64,000 nt of DNA from an uncultured Candidatus Saccharibacteria bacterium (GTDB lineage: Bacteria; Patescibacteriota; Doudnabacteria; UBA920; 2-01-FULL-46-14). Positions 9,380 to 18,395 of the stretch are shown one piece after another. The stretch covers positions 23,426 to 87,425 of the forward strand of contig CAYHVH010000001.1 of the NCBI GenBank assembly GCA_964360335.1, written 5' to 3'. The translations under genes and the position numbers were made by a program. The notes beneath the pieces were generated by a model. It was given only the letters and a program-made list of their open reading frames with translations. It ran no database searches and had not been told where the DNA came from. Within the stretch, counting starts at the first letter, position 1, and each line of letters starts with the position of its first letter.

Positions 9380-11050
9380 CTATTCCTCCGTCACCCGCCA
9401 GACTTCAGGGAGATCGGTAATTCCCTCCAAGGCCTTCAAGATCCCGTCCTGCTGCATAGTCAGCATCCCGGATGCGACCGCCGCTTTTTTGATTTCCAGA
9501 GTCGAGGCCTGTTGAAAAATCAGGCTTTCGATTTTTTCGTCCACGGCAAAGACCTCAAAGGCCCCGATGCGGCCCCGGTAGCCCAAATCATGGCACTCCG
9601 GACAGCCTCTGCTATGATAAAAAATTAGGTGCTCTGGTACGGTTACCGCCGCCTGGGGAGGAATTCGGGAAAGGGCAAGTTTAACCTGCTGCAGTTCCTC
9701 ACTACCGGGCCGGTAGGGCTCCTTGCAGTGCGGACAAATTTTCCGCAACAAGCGCTGGGCAATCAGGGCATTCAGAGCGGGAGCTAAGGTTACCGGCTTT
9801 ACTCCCAAATCCAAGAGCCGGGGAATGGCCCCAGCCGCGTCATTGGTATGCAGGGTGGAGAGCACGACATGGCCGGTCAGGGCGGCTTGGCTCGCGGTTT
9901 CGGCCGTTTCGTAATCGCGGATTTCTCCAACCATGACAATATCAGGATCCTGCCGGAGAATCGACCGCAGACCACTGGCAAAATCTACGCCGCTCGTGTG
10001 GTCAATCGGCGTCTGAACGATACCCTCCAACTGGTACTCCACCGGATCCTCCAGGGTAATAATTTTCACTCCGGGTTTGTTGAGGTGATTTAAAAAGGAA
10101 TATAAGGTCGTGGTTTTCCCCGAACCAGTCGGCCCGGTCGTCAAAGTCATGCCGTTGGGTTTTTTTAGTTCATGATTCACCACCTTCAGAGCCTGACCGT
10201 GCAACCCCAGTTTTTCGATGTCCAAGCCCACCTCCTGCATCCCCAAAATTCTCATCACTACAGACTCGCCGTGCGCCGAGGGCAACACCGAAACCCGAAT
10301 TTCCAAATTTCGCTCCGGCAACTTCACGGTAAATCTGCCGTCTTGGGCGACCGCCGTGACGTTAAGCTTCAGATTCGACAAAAGTTTGATCCGGGAAAGC
10401 AAAGAGTGTTGCAGACCGAGTGGAAAATCCAAAATTTCCGCCAATACCCCGTCCACCCGAAACCGGACCTTGAGTTGAGTTTTTTCCGGCTCGAGATGGA
10501 CATCCGAGGCCCGCATGATGATAGCCGCGCCAAGCATCAAGCCCACAAGCTCACTCGCAGAAATCGAGAGCAGGGATTCCCCCAAAGTCGGCAGGGCCTT
10601 GAATTTCTCCAGGACTTCCCGGCCGAGGGTTACCGCGACCTCGTGTTTGAGCGACAAAAAGGCGGGCAGAATTTTCTTGTACTGTTGCAGAGCGGCCGCG
10701 AGGGCCGTGCGCGCAACCAAATAAATCTGAACTTGGAATTTCCGCTTGGCCAATTGGGCGAGCAGAAGCTTGAGGCTCGGGTTTTGCGGTTCGGTAATTG
10801 CAACCTTCAGGAGCAAGCCGTCTTTGAAGAATGGCACGGCCGCGGCGGCAACGGCTTGTTCATACGGCACCAAATCCAAAGCCTCCTCGTCAATTGGTAG
10901 GCCCATGAGGTCAAAATATGGAAGAGAAAGAGCGGCGGCACGCCGTTGCGCTTCCTGCTCCTCGAACTTCCGATTGAGATCAGTGAAAACCCGCTGTACT
11001 CCCGCCCCGCCGTCCGGGGCCGGGACGTGTTTGCCTACTCCCGGAGCCAT
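9380..11050 (-). CDS. GspE/PulE/PilB family type IV pilus assembly ATPase
   Basis: ASDVHLEP, QDGRF, GPTGSGKTTT, TLEDPVEY, LRQDPD, TGH.V.STLHTN, CxxC pairs. Confidence 0.93.
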   Translation of the reverse strand: MAPGVGKHVPAPDGGAGVQRVFTDLNRKFEEQEAQRRAAALSLPYFDLMGLPIDEEALDLVPYEQAVAAAAVPFFKDGLLLKVAITEPQNPSLKLLLAQLAKRKFQVQIYLVARTALAAALQQYKKILPAFLSLKHEVAVTLGREVLEKFKALPTLGESLLSISASELVGLMLGAAIIMRASDVHLEPEKTQLKVRFRVDGVLAEILDFPLGLQHSLLSRIKLLSNLKLNVTAVAQDGRFTVKLPERNLEIRVSVLPSAHGESVVMRILGMQEVGLDIEKLGLHGQALKVVNHELKKPNGMTLTTGPTGSGKTTTLYSFLNHLNKPGVKIITLEDPVEYQLEGIVQTPIDHTSGVDFASGLRSILRQDPDIVMVGEIRDYETAETASQAALTGHVVLSTLHTNDAAGAIPRLLDLGVKPVTLAPALNALIAQRLLRKICPHCKEPYRPGSEELQQVKLALSRIPPQAAVTVPEHLIFYHSRGCPECHDLGYRGRIGAFEVFAVDEKIESLIFQQASTLEIKKAAVASGMLTMQQDGILKALEGITDLPEVWRVTEE

Positions 11051-11113
11051 TTTTTGTTTCCCGCTTAACGCTAACGCTTAAGTCAGTATAGCGAAAAAAA
11101 CAGGAATACCCAA

Positions 11114-12286
11114 CTAGACCACGATTTGCGCCCGGAGTTTCTGCAATTTTTCCAGGACGTCTTTCTCCACCTCCAAGAGGCTTTGCCCCTGAACCCGGAA
11201 GGTGCCAAGCGAGCCGTTGAGCATTTGGCCGGCGAGAGCGGCCGTAACCACCTGGGCCTTGATGCTGGGATGGAGATGAAAATAGCCGACGATCTCCTGT
11301 CCGTTGACTTCTGCCAAAAACAAAATGATTTTTCGTCCCGCCAAGTTCGCCACCAGCTCCTTCATCACGCCGTAAATATCGTCCGGACTGGCGCCCGCCT
11401 TCTCTAAATCGGTAGCGGTCACCAAAGAATAGGTCAAACCCAATTCTTCTACCTCGCGCACCCGCGCCAAGGCGCGTCCCCAAAGTTTGAGAAGGGAAAT
11501 GTTCTTGGTCTTGTAGAGTTCCCGGATAATCTCCTGGTGCTTGCCGCCCTGGGCGATGAGGTTACTGGCCTTCAAAAAGGCCCGGGGGGTAGTTTTGACA
11601 TGCTGAAAACTGTTGGTCTCCACAATGATGCCGGTCAAAAGATTTGTGGCGATTGCCTCGTCAATCAAGCCAGCTTCGAAATTCTCCAGCAAACTCACTA
11701 AAATCTCCGAGGTGGCGGTCGCCGTCAAATCCACCAGATTGATCTCCCCATAATGCTCGTTGTTGGGGTGGTGATCGATGTTGATAATGGCCGTTTCAAA
11801 AAACAGGTCAGTGTTTTTCTCGTAGATCTGGCCCAAGTGCTCCAGAGAAGGGGTATCCAAAGTGACAATCAAATCATAAGGAAATTTTGCGTTGCGGAAA
11901 GAGACATCCTGGGGCGTAAACTTGCCGTCTTTCGGTTTCAGAAAAATATCCACCCGCTCAGGTTCCACCTCGTAGGAAAGCTCGTCCAGATGCGCGGCGG
12001 TGGTCTTTAAGGAAATAACAAAGCTTTGGAAAACCTGGAGATCTTTTTTAAGCTCTTCGATACCGGACAGAAAACCAAAAGGACTCAAATTGCTGGCCGC
12101 ACAAACAATCTCCGGGTTCTTTTCCAATTTTTTAAAAAAAGCAAATAAGGCCAAACCCGCTCCTAAGGCGTCGCCGTTGGGGTTCTGCGGCAAAGCCAGG
12201 AGGATCCGGTTTGCTTTGCCAATCGCGTCAATGACTTGTTTTTCGATTTGTTCTACCACAGTTGTTCTGTCATAAAAAATCGTCAA
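11114..12286 (-). CDS. DHH family phosphoesterase (NrnA-like, degenerate motifs)
   Basis: NPNGDALG, IVTLD, INIDHH, TATSEI; start uncertain. Confidence 0.8.
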   Translation of the reverse strand: MTIFYDRTTVVEQIEKQVIDAIGKANRILLALPQNPNGDALGAGLALFAFFKKLEKNPEIVCAASNLSPFGFLSGIEELKKDLQVFQSFVISLKTTAAHLDELSYEVEPERVDIFLKPKDGKFTPQDVSFRNAKFPYDLIVTLDTPSLEHLGQIYEKNTDLFFETAIINIDHHPNNEHYGEINLVDLTATATSEILVSLLENFEAGLIDEAIATNLLTGIIVETNSFQHVKTTPRAFLKASNLIAQGGKHQEIIRELYKTKNISLLKLWGRALARVREVEELGLTYSLVTATDLEKAGASPDDIYGVMKELVANLAGRKIILFLAEVNGQEIVGYFHLHPSIKAQVVTAALAGQMLNGSLGTFRVQGQSLLEVEKDVLEKLQKLRAQIVV

Positions 12287-12415
12287 TCCTGATAACTTTC
12301 GCGGAAAAATTCCGAAAGAGTTATCGGATTACTATAGATTAAGCGATTTGGGTCGTCAAGTGGTGTGGATAGCTTTGTGGATTTCTGCTAAGATTAGCCC
12401 ACTGAAAGCCAAAAA

Positions 12416-12844
12416 ATGATTAAGATTGTTTCCCGGTCAGAGAGAGAAACCAGGAGTTTGGCTCAAGACTTGGCCCGCCGCCTGAAAGGTGGGGAAATTC
12501 TTACCCTTCAGGGACCCTTAGGGAGCGGCAAGACCTGCTTTGTTAAAGGCCTCGCCCAGGGCTTGGGGATTAAAACCCGGATCATGAGTCCGACCTTTGT
12601 CCTGATGCGGTCCTACCACTTCGGAAAAAAGAAAGAGCGGGTGTTCTACCACTTTGATCTTTACCGGCTCAAAAAGTCCGGGGAGCTCCTAGAACTGGGA
12701 TTCCCAGATGTCCTCCGGAATCCGCAGAGCATTATCGCCATCGAGTGGCCCGAAAAAACTCGCAGACTGTTGCCCCCTTGGGTTATCCGGCTAAACTTTG
12801 CCCATGGTCGGCATCCCCGGGAAAGGATTATTCGCATATGGTAA
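12416..12844 (+). CDS. tsaE: tRNA threonylcarbamoyladenosine biosynthesis ATPase TsaE
   Basis: GPLGSGKT, SPTF, HFDLYRL, IEWP. Confidence 0.95.
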   Translation: MIKIVSRSERETRSLAQDLARRLKGGEILTLQGPLGSGKTCFVKGLAQGLGIKTRIMSPTFVLMRSYHFGKKKERVFYHFDLYRLKKSGELLELGFPDVLRNPQSIIAIEWPEKTRRLLPPWVIRLNFAHGRHPRERIIRIW

Positions 12845-14169
12845 AAAAAATCCTTATTCTTCTGCTGCTATTTTTGTTCACCGAGGTTACCGCGGTCGCG
12901 GTCGTGCTTAGAAACTTTGGCCCGCAGCGACAATTCTTTATCCCAAAACCCCAGAGCGAATATGACAATCCGGAGGGGAACCAAAGTCTCGAATCTTCCT
13001 GGCCGGAAAGCTTAAACCTGGTTGCGGCCGGGAAAACCTGGCGCCTGCCAAAATCTCAACTTCAGACTTGGCGGCAGCCTTCGGGCACGCTCCGCCTGCA
13101 CCAGGTCGTGCTCTCCTCCCTCACTACCTACTTCTACCGCCAAACTGCAACGGCCCATCCCTGGACGAGTTATGATTTTTTTGCTACGGTCAAAGGCCTG
13201 GAGCTAAGTGAGGGGGCTCTGGGAACCTATCTCGTGGACCGAGCGAACGAGATTAATCGCTCCCCGGAAGAGCCGAGGCTGAAGATTGAAGATAACCGGG
13301 CCACGGTTTTCGTCCCCCCCCAAACCGGACAAAACCTCGATCTCTTGGCGACTCGCCGAAAGTTGGCTGCGGCTTTGCTGACTGGAGTCGGAGCGGTATC
13401 TCTACCTGTCCTGGTCCAAGAGCCGCAAACTAACTTGGGAGATTTAAATTCCCTGGGAATCAAAACACTGCTGGCGCGGGGCCAAACGGACTTTTCCGGC
13501 TCGTCTCCCTCCCGGATCCAAAACATCAAGGTCGGCGCTGCGCGTTTCCAAGGTTTGCTCATCAAGCCAGGCGAAGAATTTTCGTTTAACGCTCGGCTAG
13601 GCCCGATTGATGCCGCCCACGGCTATTTGCCGGAGCTCGTGATCAAACCGGAAGGTACTGTGCCGGAATTCGGCGGCGGCTTGTGCCAAGTCTCTTCCAC
13701 GGCGTTCCGGGCCGCTTTCTTTACGGGGCTGCCGATTACCGAGCGCCGCAATCATTCTTATCCGGTACGCTACTACGAGTGGCTGGGCGACGACCAGCCA
13801 CGGGCGGTGGGACTGGACGCGACCATTTACCCGGGCTACCAGGATCTGAAGTTCACGAACGATACCCCCGGCACGATCCTGGTCTGGACAAAAATCGAAA
13901 GCAATCGGCTGTACTTTGATTTCTACGGGACTACCGACGGCCGGGAGGTCCTTGTGGACGGACCGCATCCTTATGACCGCCAACTCGACGGAGCCGTTAA
14001 ATCCACGGTCACCCGCACCGTGATTCATCCCAACCAGGAACCGCAAAAGTTAATTCTTAATTCCCGCTATGTCTCGCCCAACAAATATCCACGGGTCTAC
14101 GAATATCCAAAGCCCGCCACTCCCACCTCCACCGCCGTCTCCCTCCCGGCCGAGACCATTACCAATTAA
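12838..14169 (+). CDS. VanW family protein with N-terminal membrane anchor
   Basis: FSFN, GGGLCQVSST, ERRNHS, GLDATI, DLKF.N; start moved to ATG 12838. Confidence 0.88.
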   Translation: MVKKILILLLLFLFTEVTAVAVVLRNFGPQRQFFIPKPQSEYDNPEGNQSLESSWPESLNLVAAGKTWRLPKSQLQTWRQPSGTLRLHQVVLSSLTTYFYRQTATAHPWTSYDFFATVKGLELSEGALGTYLVDRANEINRSPEEPRLKIEDNRATVFVPPQTGQNLDLLATRRKLAAALLTGVGAVSLPVLVQEPQTNLGDLNSLGIKTLLARGQTDFSGSSPSRIQNIKVGAARFQGLLIKPGEEFSFNARLGPIDAAHGYLPELVIKPEGTVPEFGGGLCQVSSTAFRAAFFTGLPITERRNHSYPVRYYEWLGDDQPRAVGLDATIYPGYQDLKFTNDTPGTILVWTKIESNRLYFDFYGTTDGREVLVDGPHPYDRQLDGAVKSTVTRTVIHPNQEPQKLILNSRYVSPNKYPRVYEYPKPATPTSTAVSLPAETITN

Positions 14170-14181
14170 CTTCTAAAAAAC

Positions 14182-15663
14182 ATGAAAATTTCAGTTATCT
14201 CTAAACCTTTAGAAAAACTCTCTGCCGAGCTCTTGGTGACTTTTGCCGTCGAGGACAAACTCCTGCCTGAAGAAAAACTGGCGGACCGCTTCTTGGCTGG
14301 CCGGGTGGCGAAGCTTCGCCAGTCCAAAGATTTTCACGGCGAGGCCAACCAAACTCGTTTAATTTTTGCTACGGGGTCAACCCCGCGCATCCTCTTGGTC
14401 GGCCTCGGTAAACAAAAGGTCTTGACTCTCGAAACCATCCGGGAAGCCGCGGCTGCCGCCGGGAGTGAGCTCAAACGCCTACCGGTGAAGCACGCGGCCT
14501 TTCTTCTCCCGAGCTTGCCTAGCCTCTCCCCCCAGACTCTGGCCCAAGCGGTGACGGAAACCGTTCTCCTCGCTAACTACGAATTTCCTTATTACAAGCG
14601 GCCTGGCAAGGACCGCGCCAAGCTCGAGAATCTGGAACTAGTCACTGCTCCCAAAGATGTCGCTCGCGTCAAGGCCGGAAGTATCACTGGCCAAATTCTG
14701 GCAGAAGCGATAATGGCCGTGCGCGATTTGGGCAACCACCCCAGCAATGTTGCCACTCCCACTCATCTCGCGGAGCATGCTAAGCGAATCGCCAAGGGTA
14801 ACAAAAACCTCAAGGTAAAAATTTTGCACCGGCCAGAAATCAAAAAAGAAAATATGGGAGCGCTCCTGGCTGTTTCGCAAGGCTCGGACGAGGAGCCGAA
14901 GTTTATCATTTTAGAGTATCACGGCCGCGGCGACGGCCCGAGAGTAGTCCTCGTCGGCAAGGGCATCACCTTTGACAGCGGTGGAATTTCTCTCAAGCCA
15001 GGGGAAAAAATGGAAGAGATGAAATATGACATGGCTGGGGCGGCCACCGTGATGGGGGTCATAAAAGCCGCCTGCGAACTCGGACTCCCTCTTAACCTGG
15101 TGGGGCTCATTCCGGCCACCGAAAACCTGCCCTCTGGTAAAGCCAGCCGGCCAGGAGATATTGTCAAAAGTCGCTCGGGCAAGACCATTGAAATCATCAG
15201 TACGGATGCGGAGGGTCGGCTGGTGCTCTCAGATGCTCTGGACTATGCCAAAAAATACAAACCTGATTTGGTGATTGACTTTGCGACTTTGACGGGTGCC
15301 ATTGTGGTAGCCCTGGGCGATGATTTGATAGGGGCGTTTACCAACCGGGAGCGGTTTGTCCCCCAGCTCAAAGCGGCGGCCGAGGCGACCGGGGAGCCGC
15401 TATGGCCCATGCCGCTTTATCGAGGATACGAAGAATTTATCAAAAGCGACTTTGCCGATATTCGCAATCTTGGCAGCACAACTAAGTACGGCGATGCCAT
15501 CAACGCCGCGCTGTTCCTGCAAAACTTCGTGGACTATCCGTGGATTCACCTGGACATTGCCGGGGTCGCCTGGACGACGCGCGAAAAACCCTACCGGCCG
15601 AAAGGTGCCACCGGCACTGGCTTGCGCCTCGCGATTGAATTTCTGAAAAATTTTAGGAAATAA
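14182..15663 (+). CDS. pepA: Leucyl aminopeptidase (M17)
   Basis: GKGITFDSGG, MKYDMAG, TDAEGRL, DFATLTGA, HLDIAG. Confidence 0.95.
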   Translation: MKISVISKPLEKLSAELLVTFAVEDKLLPEEKLADRFLAGRVAKLRQSKDFHGEANQTRLIFATGSTPRILLVGLGKQKVLTLETIREAAAAAGSELKRLPVKHAAFLLPSLPSLSPQTLAQAVTETVLLANYEFPYYKRPGKDRAKLENLELVTAPKDVARVKAGSITGQILAEAIMAVRDLGNHPSNVATPTHLAEHAKRIAKGNKNLKVKILHRPEIKKENMGALLAVSQGSDEEPKFIILEYHGRGDGPRVVLVGKGITFDSGGISLKPGEKMEEMKYDMAGAATVMGVIKAACELGLPLNLVGLIPATENLPSGKASRPGDIVKSRSGKTIEIISTDAEGRLVLSDALDYAKKYKPDLVIDFATLTGAIVVALGDDLIGAFTNRERFVPQLKAAAEATGEPLWPMPLYRGYEEFIKSDFADIRNLGSTTKYGDAINAALFLQNFVDYPWIHLDIAGVAWTTREKPYRPKGATGTGLRLAIEFLKNFRK

Positions 15664-15697
15664 CGGCCAAATCAAACTAATCTCCAAATTTCCTTTC

Positions 15698-15727
15698 GTA
15701 AAATACCCGCCATGGCGGGTATTTTAC
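15698..15727. terminator. Bidirectional intrinsic terminator
   Basis: Perfect palindrome GTAAAATACCCGCCATGGCGGGTATTTTAC between convergent genes. Confidence 0.8.
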
Positions 15728-15800
15728 AACATAAGTCCATATTGTCTACGTTTTTATGTAATTACATAATGTTGTAGACAAGCGAATTTAGCAAAAAGTA

Positions 15801-15837
15801 AAAAAGGAGACAGACTACAACGCGGTCTGTCAGCGCT
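15801..15837 (-). repeat. 37-bp direct repeat copy 1 (terminator-like on minus strand)
   Basis: AAAAAGGAGACAGACTACAACGCGGTCTGTCAGCGCT identical to 17679-17715; GACAGAC/GTCTGTC stem. Confidence 0.95.
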
Positions 15838-15846
15838 TCTTTGGGG

Positions 15847-16731
15847 CTACCCCGGCCAATCAGAGTAATCCCAGCCATCTGCAAGGGGAAGGTGTATGTT
15901 GTGTCCGTGGAGAGATTTTGTCGAAAGCTCAAGTCTGTTAAAGTCATTAACTTCTGCCTGAAGGGGCACCCATTGTACTGCAAATCCTTCTTGCTTGAGG
16001 CGGTTGATTTTCCGAGGGTTATTCGTGGCGGCAATCAGACCGATTTTTGTGATATCGAAGTGTTTGAGGATTACCATCTGATCTTCCAGCTCGTCCCACT
16101 CCGGACGGCTGGAAATTCTGACAAACGGCTCCCACCAGCGGTCTATCTTGGCCGGGTCGGGGTCAAGGCCTTTTCGAATGGCGACTATTTCCGCCATTGT
16201 ATCAATCAGCGCGTGGTTCCTCGGCCCCAGTCCTTTTCCAACATGATGCAGAGCGAGAATAATCATCCCGGGGTGACCTTCTCCCCAGCTGTTGGAAACC
16301 CGCTGCTTTGCCATCTCGAACTGATCACCGCAATCACACGTTACCGCCCCTTCAACAATGCCATTAAGGCACATCGATTGGAGACGAACGACTACTGCCT
16401 CGGTTTGGAGGCTGCTGTCATTCCCCAGCCAAAGCACCCGATATTCCCGCTCTGGATGATAACAATAACCAGCGATTTCCGGTGGCTGGCTGTCCCTTTT
16501 CGCAACGTCTGACCCTCCCCAAAAACGGAAATGGGCCTTATTGAACAAGACCGCCCTTTCCTCACGACCCCCCAAGCGGCCGAGCGACCACCATTTCCGA
16601 TGACTTTCTGATCGTCGCAACCGCAACCACTCGTGATAGGGCCCAATCATCTCGAAGCCTTGCTCTTGGTTGGTCACAATACCCTCTAGCTTACCCCAAA
16701 AATCCTGACTGCCCCCCTTATTGTCACTCAT
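15847..16731 (-). CDS. Divergent GTP cyclohydrolase II (RibA-like) protein
   Basis: VRLQSMC-x10-CDCGDQF, GKGLG, TNNPRKI, N..N...LSTK...GH; SD AAGGAGG. Confidence 0.75.
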   Translation of the reverse strand: MSDNKGGSQDFWGKLEGIVTNQEQGFEMIGPYHEWLRLRRSESHRKWWSLGRLGGREERAVLFNKAHFRFWGGSDVAKRDSQPPEIAGYCYHPEREYRVLWLGNDSSLQTEAVVVRLQSMCLNGIVEGAVTCDCGDQFEMAKQRVSNSWGEGHPGMIILALHHVGKGLGPRNHALIDTMAEIVAIRKGLDPDPAKIDRWWEPFVRISSRPEWDELEDQMVILKHFDITKIGLIAATNNPRKINRLKQEGFAVQWVPLQAEVNDFNRLELSTKSLHGHNIHLPLADGWDYSDWPG

Positions 16732-16828
16732 TGGGTGTCCTCCTTAATGATTTCGAACATTCGATTCTAGCTGAAACTTACAAACTAGTCAATATTAACC
16801 GACTTCTCAATCTTTTAAACATCAAGTG

Positions 16829-16884
16829 TTGACTTATTTTAGCCAAAAATCTATACTATAATTGTTGTCGGATATTACCGACAA
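16829..16884 (+). promoter_or_regulatory. Sigma70 promoter and palindromic operator candidate for TrmB gene
   Basis: TTGACT-17-TATACT followed by TTGTCGG-N6-CCGACAA (16865-16884). Confidence 0.65.
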
Positions 16885-16903
16885 TATAACGGAAAGCTCC
16901 TAC

Positions 16904-17653
16904 ATGCCCCTTGAAATAGATTTGAAACAATTTGGTTTTGACGAGAAAAAAGCCAGGATTTACCTGGCAGTCTTAGAGCTGGGTGAGGCAAAAGCAGCCG
17001 AGGTTGCCAAAAAGTCCGGGATAGAAAGACCAACGTGTTATGACATTTTAAATAAACTGGTCCAAGATGGACTTATTAGCTTCTTCGATAAAAGAGGAGT
17101 CAAGCATTTCGTGGCCGAGGACCCAGAAAAAATCCAAGTCCGGCTCGCAGAAAAAGAAAGGGCTCTTAATCAATTATTGCCGGAATTAAAATCGGTTTAT
17201 AATAGCCTAAAAACAAAACCCAAAATCAAATTCTTTGAAGGCCTTGCGGGAATTAAAACAATCCTGGAAGACACGCTTACTCCCCACGATAAACAGCTCT
17301 TGGGCATTTTATCAATGCGGGATCTCTATGAAATTCCGGGGAAAGAATTTATGGACAACTATGTTAAGAGGAGAATTGAAGCAAAAGTTAAACTCCGGGT
17401 TATTCGGTCAAGGATTAAAGAGGTTGGGGAGACTTGGCCTACTAATCCAAAAGAATACCGAGAATTGCGCTACGCTCCGGAAAAATTATCCTTCCCCGTA
17501 ACAATCTACATTTATGATAATAAGGTTGGAATAATCGGCACCAAAAAAGAAAACTTCGGCATGCTCATTGAGTCAGAGGAATTTTTTGAAACCTTCAAGA
17601 ATCTATTCGAAGTTTTGTGGCTCGTATCAAAAGCTGGGCCGACAAAAGATTAA
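16904..17653 (+). CDS. TrmB family transcriptional regulator
   Basis: FGFDEKKARIYLAVLELG HTH, KPKIKFFEG, IYDNKV; start at ATG 16904. Confidence 0.9.
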   Translation: MPLEIDLKQFGFDEKKARIYLAVLELGEAKAAEVAKKSGIERPTCYDILNKLVQDGLISFFDKRGVKHFVAEDPEKIQVRLAEKERALNQLLPELKSVYNSLKTKPKIKFFEGLAGIKTILEDTLTPHDKQLLGILSMRDLYEIPGKEFMDNYVKRRIEAKVKLRVIRSRIKEVGETWPTNPKEYRELRYAPEKLSFPVTIYIYDNKVGIIGTKKENFGMLIESEEFFETFKNLFEVLWLVSKAGPTKD

Positions 17654-17678
17654 ATTTTCTGGACTAGGAAAAGGGGAT

Positions 17679-17715
17679 AAAAAGGAGACAGACTACAACG
17701 CGGTCTGTCAGCGCT
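17679..17715 (-). repeat. 37-bp direct repeat copy 2 (terminator-like on minus strand)
   Basis: Identical to 15801-15837; overlaps stop of 17714-18295. Confidence 0.95.
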
Positions 17716-18295
17716 AAAAACGAACAGTGGTGATGACGTAGGTCCGGAAGAAACGCGGCTCGCCTTGGTTGCGGAAATGGTAAGTCCCAGTTACCCAAAG
17801 GGTAACAGGACCTCGGTTTACGAGCCGAAAGCTGAGTCGCGAGCCACCGCCGTAGGAATCACGCCCACGCTTGTGAAGGTTTTCCGTCTCCACCCCAATC
17901 TTCCATCTGTCGCTTAACCGATAGTCAAATATGACGACTTCGGAAAAACTCCTGCGACTGGAAACGGGATACAACTCAAGGTAGAGATTGGCGCGTTTGC
18001 CGAAATCCCGGTTGAAACGGAAATTGAGCTGCCACTGGTGTCCCTTGGTGCTCCACTGCCGCTGGACGAGTGTCTCGAGCCACCAGTTATTGCGCTTGTA
18101 TCCCAGTCCGCCGAAGAGGTTGATGTTGTCTGGCTGCGCCTGCCGTACATTGCCAATCATCCACCCTGCAAGAAACCAGTTCTCGCCCAGCTTTTTGGTG
18201 ATATGCACTGGCGTCCGCAACTGAACAACATGATCCTGGGCCAAGAGGGGAGAGCCAAAAAGAAGAGCGAGTATCAGCAGCGTTGCTTTGCCCAT
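17714..18295 (-). CDS. Secreted beta-strand-rich hypothetical protein (beta-barrel-like)
   Basis: Signal peptide ending PLLA-Q, alternating aromatic strands, C-terminal Phe; SD AAGGAGG. Confidence 0.7.
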   Translation of the reverse strand: MGKATLLILALLFGSPLLAQDHVVQLRTPVHITKKLGENWFLAGWMIGNVRQAQPDNINLFGGLGYKRNNWWLETLVQRQWSTKGHQWQLNFRFNRDFGKRANLYLELYPVSSRRSFSEVVIFDYRLSDRWKIGVETENLHKRGRDSYGGGSRLSFRLVNRGPVTLWVTGTYHFRNQGEPRFFRTYVITTVRF

Positions 18296-18395
18296 TATTC
18301 CTCCTTGACTTAACCTTTGACAGATTAAGGGGGGAGCATATATTATCTATATGGAGTGGTCAATACCACCACGAGGTGATAATTAACACCACAAA

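Noticed and set aside
9380-11050. PilB as c-di-GMP receptor (MshEN)
   Set aside because: No RLGxxLxxxG motifs in the N-terminus
15841-16512. 223-aa plus-strand ORF, and similar long antisense ORFs (246-926, 2025-2630, 10172-10900, 51204-51974, 58177-58920)
   Set aside because: Shadows of well-supported genes on the opposite strand with no recognisable motifs
15801-17715. 37-bp direct repeats as a CRISPR array or integron attC sites
   Set aside because: Only two copies 1.9 kb apart, no cas or integrase, no RYYYAAC/GTTRRRY ends
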